DNA from: Nakamurella lactea
GTDB taxonomy: Bacteria > Actinomycetota > Actinomycetes > Mycobacteriales > Nakamurellaceae
Reading direction: 5' to 3'
DNA length: 34,466 nt
Assembly: GCA_044463185.1 (NCBI GenBank)
Contig: JBIQMQ010000006.1
Location: 1-34,466 of the forward strand
A model generated the notes under the pieces. It saw only the letters and a list, made by a program, of their open reading frames with translations. It ran no database searches and was not told the DNA's origin. Made by a program: the position numbers and the translations under genes. This document shows, one piece after another, positions 30,077 through 34,466 of the stretch (its first letter is position 1; each line of letters opens with the position of its first letter).

Positions 30077-30224
30077 CTGCGACTCCCTCCACGACTCTCA
30101 CCGACCTCAGCGGGCCTGCCGAGTGGCGCCGACCCGCATCCACACCGCGCGCGGACGCTCCCATTGTCCCCTATTCGCCGCGTCGATGAGTAATCGGCGT
30201 CCCAAGTTCGGGGAGAATACGGCT

Positions 30225-31043
30225 ATGACGAAGTCCGCGGCCGGAGGCCGGCAGCCCCTTTCCGAACCCGTCGCCGTGCGCACCGACGGCGCCGTCCGCA
30301 CGCTGACATTGAATCGCCCGGATGCGCTCAATTCGTTCGATTCCGCCATGAAGGCGGCGTTCCTCGCTGCGCTGACCGACGCCGCTCGGGACGACGAGGT
30401 GCGCGCGGTGATGGTCACCGGGGCAGGCCGCGCGTTCTGTGCCGGGCAGGACCTCAAGGAGCACCTGGCCCGCGTCGAGTCGAACGATCCCGCCGTCGCA
30501 AGCACCGTCGAGGAGTTCTACAACCCGATGATCCGGGCTATCTGGCACATGGAGAAGCCGGTGATCGCCGCGGTGAACGGCACCGCCGCCGGAGCGGGAG
30601 CGGCGTTGGCGTTCGCCTGCGACCTGCGCGTGGCCGCGGCCTCGGCATCATTCTCGATGGCGTTCGCGCAGGTCGCGCTGTCCGCCGACAGCGGTGCCTC
30701 GTACACGTTGCCGCGGCTGATCGGCCGGGGGCGGGCCCTGCAGCTCATGCTGACCGGGCGCCGGGTGCCTGCGGACGAGGCCTTGCGGATCGGCATGGTC
30801 GACGAGGTGGTGGACGACGAGGCCTTCGCAGACAGGGCGTTTTCGACAGCATCCGCGCTGGCGGACGGGCCGACGTCGGCCCTCGGCTGGATCAAGGCGT
30901 CCGTGCGGTTCGGTGAGACCCACACGTTGGACGAGACGCTCGATTTCGAGCACACTGCGCAGGCCGCGTGTTTCACGTCGGAGGACCACCGCGAGGCCCT
31001 GGACGCGTTCGTCGGGAAGCGGCCACCGAAGTTCCGAGCCTGA
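30225..31043 (+). CDS. Enoyl-CoA hydratase/isomerase family protein (PaaG-like)
   Basis: LTLNRPDALN, GAGRAFCAGQDL, KPVIAAVNG.AAGAG, LACDLR, DSGAS..LPRLIG, F..KR.P.F. Confidence 0.92.
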   Translation: MTKSAAGGRQPLSEPVAVRTDGAVRTLTLNRPDALNSFDSAMKAAFLAALTDAARDDEVRAVMVTGAGRAFCAGQDLKEHLARVESNDPAVASTVEEFYNPMIRAIWHMEKPVIAAVNGTAAGAGAALAFACDLRVAAASASFSMAFAQVALSADSGASYTLPRLIGRGRALQLMLTGRRVPADEALRIGMVDEVVDDEAFADRAFSTASALADGPTSALGWIKASVRFGETHTLDETLDFEHTAQAACFTSEDHREALDAFVGKRPPKFRA

Positions 31044-31062
31044 TCTGACGTAGGCTGTAGCG

Positions 31063-31497
31063 GTGGGTCCAATGGGAGAACTCGGTGTTCTGTTCAACCC
31101 GGGCATGCGGCATGAGCAAGAGGAAAAGCTCGCCAAGCAGATGCTCCGGGAAGACGAGGGAACCGGTCGAAAGGGCCAGCTCGGCATCGATCTCGAGTCC
31201 GGCGTCGTGGTGATCGGCGCGGGACCCGCGCACTCCGGCCAGCAGGCCGCGGGCCAGCCTTCGCATGCTCCCGCCGCTGGCGAGCCGGCGACGGCCGAGG
31301 CGCAGCCAACAGACACAGGAGCCACCGAAGCCGCCGACATTGCGCCGGTGGCGCGGCGCAGCGGTTCCCGGAACGTAGCGTCGGACGCAGCGCGACGAGA
31401 GCCTGCCGCAGCGCCGTCCGGCAAGGCGCGCCGTCGTTCGCAGCCCAGCGCCGCCAGTCACGTTCCGACCGGGAAGGCACGGCGCGGCAGTCGCTGA
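31063..31497 (+). CDS. DUF6191-like small protein with low-complexity C-terminal extension (start 31063 or 31072)
   Basis: LFNPG.RH..EE...REDEG...IDLESGVVVI resembles the DUF6191 pattern; TAGGCT 6 nt before GTG 31063. Confidence 0.65.
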   Translation: MGPMGELGVLFNPGMRHEQEEKLAKQMLREDEGTGRKGQLGIDLESGVVVIGAGPAHSGQQAAGQPSHAPAAGEPATAEAQPTDTGATEAADIAPVARRSGSRNVASDAARREPAAAPSGKARRRSQPSAASHVPTGKARRGSR

Positions 31498-31503
31498 GTC
31501 GTT

Positions 31504-31557
31504 GCGGTAGCCGTGTCGTCGCGGTAGCCGGCGTGGGGTCGGTGATGCGTGGGGTCG
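31504..31557. repeat. Two adjacent short direct-repeat pairs in a convergent intergenic region
   Basis: GCGGTAGCCG at 31504 and 31521; GCGTGGGGTCG at 31531 and 31547. Confidence 0.6.
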
Positions 31558-31601
31558 ATGAGTTGACGTCGCAGCTCGCGAGTCGTCGCTGATAAAATGT
31601 C

Positions 31602-32162
31602 TCAGCCCGCGGCGGGCGGCGCGGCCCTGAAACAGCCGGTGACGTGATCGTCCACCATCCCGGTGGCCTGCATCAGCGCGTAGGCGGTGGTGGGCCCGAC
31701 GAACTTGAATCCGCGCTTCTTGAGTTCCCGCGCCATCCTGGTGGACTCCGCCGTCTGGGCCGGAATCTCCTCGGCGCTGCGCGGCCGGCGTGCAGGGACG
31801 GACGGCGCGAACGACCACAACAGGTCGTCCAGGGGCTCGCTCAGGTCCGCCGCAACGCGGGCGTTGTGGATGACGGCGTCGATCTTGCGGCGGTTGCGAA
31901 CGATCCGCGCGTCGTTCATCAGTCGCTGCACGTCGGCACCGCCGAATTCGGCCACCCGGGCGATTTCGAAGCCGGCGAAGGCCTCGCGGAACGCGGGCCG
32001 TTTGGCAAGGATCGTGCGCCAACTCAGGCCGGACTGGAACGCCTCCAGGGCAAGGCGCTCGAACAGCGCGTCGTCACCGTGCAGGGGCACGCCCCATTCG
32101 GTGTCGTGGTACTCCTCGTAGTCGGGCGTGCGCGCCCACGGGCACCGGGCGACGGTCACCAT
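31602..32162 (-). CDS. tag: DNA-3-methyladenine glycosylase I
   Basis: RCPW, YHDTEWG, LFERLALEAFQSGLSW.TIL.KR, IVRNRRKI, LKKRGFKFVGPTT, DDH...C. Confidence 0.96.
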   Translation of the reverse strand: MVTVARCPWARTPDYEEYHDTEWGVPLHGDDALFERLALEAFQSGLSWRTILAKRPAFREAFAGFEIARVAEFGGADVQRLMNDARIVRNRRKIDAVIHNARVAADLSEPLDDLLWSFAPSVPARRPRSAEEIPAQTAESTRMARELKKRGFKFVGPTTAYALMQATGMVDDHVTGCFRAAPPAAG

Positions 32163-32653
32163 TGCCGGTTCGACGGCTCGGCGAACGCCCCGCGCGGCGA
32201 CGGCGCATCGTCGGGATGGCCGCTGCCGCCGAGGCCGATGTCGCTCTCAGCGTCGTTGTTGACGTTGACGTCGGTGCCGCCGTCGGAGTCCCGGTTGTGA
32301 TCGCTGTCCGCGTGCTCTTTGCCCACCGGGTTCTCCGCCGCACCGGCCGCGGCGTCACCTGCGGTGGCCGGTCCCTCGGCCGCGTCAAGGCGACCACGCA
32401 GCGTGTCGATTTCGTCGGCGAGGCGTTCCAGGGTCCAGTCCACGTCGCTCATGCGATAGCCGCGCAGCGCCAGGCCGAAGCGGACCTGGCGGACGTGGTC
32501 GCCGCGCAGGTCGTGCGCGGGCAGTTCCGACGGTGAGGTGCGCGCCGGCAAGGGCGCCATCTGCTCCCCGCGGCCGAACACGACCACGGCGATGCCGAAG
32601 ACGATCGCGCCGATGACGGCGGCGATCACGAGGTACTCCAGAACGGTGATCAC
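32156..32653 (-). CDS. Membrane-anchored DivIVA domain protein (Rv1209-like)
   Basis: GTG 32653; N-terminal TM, FGRGEQMAPL, F.LALRGYRMSDVDWTL.RL..EI..LR; upstream of tag. Confidence 0.87.
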   Translation of the reverse strand: MITVLEYLVIAAVIGAIVFGIAVVVFGRGEQMAPLPARTSPSELPAHDLRGDHVRQVRFGLALRGYRMSDVDWTLERLADEIDTLRGRLDAAEGPATAGDAAAGAAENPVGKEHADSDHNRDSDGGTDVNVNNDAESDIGLGGSGHPDDAPSPRGAFAEPSNRQW

Positions 32654-32717
32654 AGTACTGATCGTGCCATGTCGGAGGCGTTTCGCGGCTCCCGGTGGCG
32701 CGCGCGCCCTCCGCGAG

Positions 32718-34466
32718 TCACGATGTCGCCCCCGATGCCGCGTCAGGACTCGAGTCGGCCGAGAGGGTTCCGATTCCGCCATCAAGGTTGACGTCGGCCA
32801 CGGCGTCATCGATAAGGCGCTCGAGCGCCGCGCCGTCCAGCAAGTCCTCCGGAGTGACGGTGCGGCCGTGGGCCACGTAGAAGAACGCGGCGCGGACCCG
32901 CTCCAGCGGAAGGCCATGCAGCCTCGACCAGGCGAGCCGGTACGCGGTGAGCTGGATGGCGACAGCCCGCGCCCGGTCCGGGCCGGGCGGCGAGCCGGTC
33001 TTCCAGTCCACCACGCAGACGGCGCCGTCCGGCTCGGCGAATACCGCGTCGATGCGGCCGCGGACGGCAAGGCCCGCGACTTGGGTCACGAAGGGGACTT
33101 CCACTGCGATCGGCGTGCGGGCCGCCCACGGCGAGTCGCGGAACGCGGCGATGAGTTCGTCCAGGCGGGCGTCGTCGGCGGCGTGCAGATCGTGCGCGCC
33201 GGGCAGCTCCGCGAGATCCAGCAGCGGCTCGCCGCCGAAGTACCCTTCCAGCCAGGCGTGGAACGCCGTCCCCCGTCTGGCTTGTGGGGACGGGGCATGC
33301 GGCATCGGGCGGCGGATGCGGCGTGCCAACTGTTCGGGGTCCTCCGCCATGTCGACGAGCGCCGAAACCGACAGGGCAGGTGGCAGCGGCACATCGACCG
33401 CGCTCGGTGGCACCGACGCGGCCGCGCGTTCCGCGAGCAGCATCAGCGCGTCGCGCAGCCACCCCTCCGGATCGTGTTCCGGGTCGTCGCCTGGTGCGTC
33501 CGGTTCGCGGAGGCCCAGCGCGTCTCGCACCAATCGGGCTCCTGCCTCCACGTCCGGCCGCCGCGAGCCCAGCGGGTCGGTCGGCCACTCCCCGGTCACC
33601 GGTGACGTCAGCAGCGGGTTCTGCGATCCGGTCACCGGCGCCGGCGCACACACCACGGGTGTTAGCAGGCGCCGACCGACTTCCCTGTCGGGAACGATCG
33701 CCTCGGCCGCGGCGGCCGGCGCGTCATGCGTGCGGGCCACGTCGACGACCTCGGTGAAGAAGTCGCCCGGTCCGGCCGGTTCCTTCCGCCCGGCACTCCA
33801 GTGGTGGGCCGACAGCAGCACCCGATGGCGCGCCCGTGTGACCGCGACGTAGAACAGTCGGCGCTCCTCCGCCAGTTGCCGTTGTTTCCACTTTCCGCGG
33901 TGCTCCTTGAGCACCCGACTCACCTCGCCCTGGTCGGCGTCGGCAGGCCAGTCCAGGTCCGGGACGTCCGCGCGGTCGCCGCGCAGAATGGGCGGCAGCG
34001 CGGAGGCATCTCCGAGCCACGTGCTGTTCAACCCGGAGGGAAATATCCCGTTCGACAACTGGGGTATCGCGACGACATCCCATTCCAGCCCCTTGGCCGC
34101 GTGCACGGTCAGAACCTGGATGCGGCCCTCGGAAACCTCGACCTCGCCGGGCTCCAGGCCGTCCTCGCGCTCGGCCGCGACGGAAAGGTAGTCGAGCAGA
34201 TCGACCACCCCGGCGCCGCCGGCCGCGACATCCGCGACGACCTCGTCGAACGCGTCCAGGTGGGCCCGCCCGGCCGGCGTCAGAAGCGTCTCCACGTCCA
34301 GACTCAGCGTGCGTTCGATGTCGCGTACCAGATCGGGCAACGGTACGGCGAGCCGCCCCCGCAGCCGGCGCAGTTCGCCGTTCAATTCGACGATGCGCCG
34401 CCAACCTTCGGCCGAGTACCGGGCGCTGCCCCCTGGATCCGCCAGCGCGTCGGCCAGGCCGGCCTC
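32718..34466 (-). CDS. adnB: AdnB-type UvrD helicase-nuclease, C-terminal part (begins beyond the window's right edge)
   Basis: TVHAAKGLEW, EERRLFYVAVTRA, then RecB-family nuclease motifs RGTAFHAW, GRIDAVF, VVDWKTG, QLTAYRLAW. Confidence 0.88.
   Translation of the reverse strand, partial: EAGLADALADPGGSARYSAEGWRRIVELNGELRRLRGRLAVPLPDLVRDIERTLSLDVETLLTPAGRAHLDAFDEVVADVAAGGAGVVDLLDYLSVAAEREDGLEPGEVEVSEGRIQVLTVHAAKGLEWDVVAIPQLSNGIFPSGLNSTWLGDASALPPILRGDRADVPDLDWPADADQGEVSRVLKEHRGKWKQRQLAEERRLFYVAVTRARHRVLLSAHHWSAGRKEPAGPGDFFTEVVDVARTHDAPAAAAEAIVPDREVGRRLLTPVVCAPAPVTGSQNPLLTSPVTGEWPTDPLGSRRPDVEAGARLVRDALGLREPDAPGDDPEHDPEGWLRDALMLLAERAAASVPPSAVDVPLPPALSVSALVDMAEDPEQLARRIRRPMPHAPSPQARRGTAFHAWLEGYFGGEPLLDLAELPGAHDLHAADDARLDELIAAFRDSPWAARTPIAVEVPFVTQVAGLAVRGRIDAVFAEPDGAVCVVDWKTGSPPGPDRARAVAIQLTAYRLAWSRLHGLPLERVRAAFFYVAHGRTVTPEDLLDGAALERLIDDAVADVNLDGGIGTLSADSSPDAASGATS

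Noticed and set aside
32718-34466. Helicase-nuclease as an anti-phage defence gene
   Set aside because: Motifs match housekeeping AdnB, and codon usage and GC are the same as in the core genes.

Overview
High-GC actinomycete (Actinomycetota) core-genome segment of about 33 genes, with no recognisable mobile element, CRISPR array, tRNA or rRNA. Three conserved blocks are joined. (1) The translation block: infB (5' part), ylxR, nusA, rimP, a Tat lipoprotein, DUF4439, proS, yaaA, ybhB, mtr, map, a PBP, a GNAT, rip1, an orphan, DUF2631 and rlmN. (2) A ferritin-like gene, a DEAD-box helicase, an Rv3212-like gene and a PHP protein. (3) mrp, tatB, htrA, rseA, sigE, an O-methyltransferase, glgC, glgA/glgM, DUF3117, an enoyl-CoA hydratase, DUF6191, tag and a DivIVA-domain gene, ending in the 3' part of adnB. 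The best candidate for an undescribed system is non-coding: a cascade of tiny start/stop-overlapping uORFs followed by a hairpin directly before the infB ribosome-binding site, a possible IF2 (re)initiation sensor. Also notable: dxr and ispG are both absent from their usual places around rip1; four genes at convergent junctions carry in-frame tandem duplications of their last codons; the ECF-type promoter of sigE has a fully palindromic spacer; and the DEAD-box helicase has a structured leader of about 180 nt. All family calls come from motif recognition and recalled synteny, not database searches.
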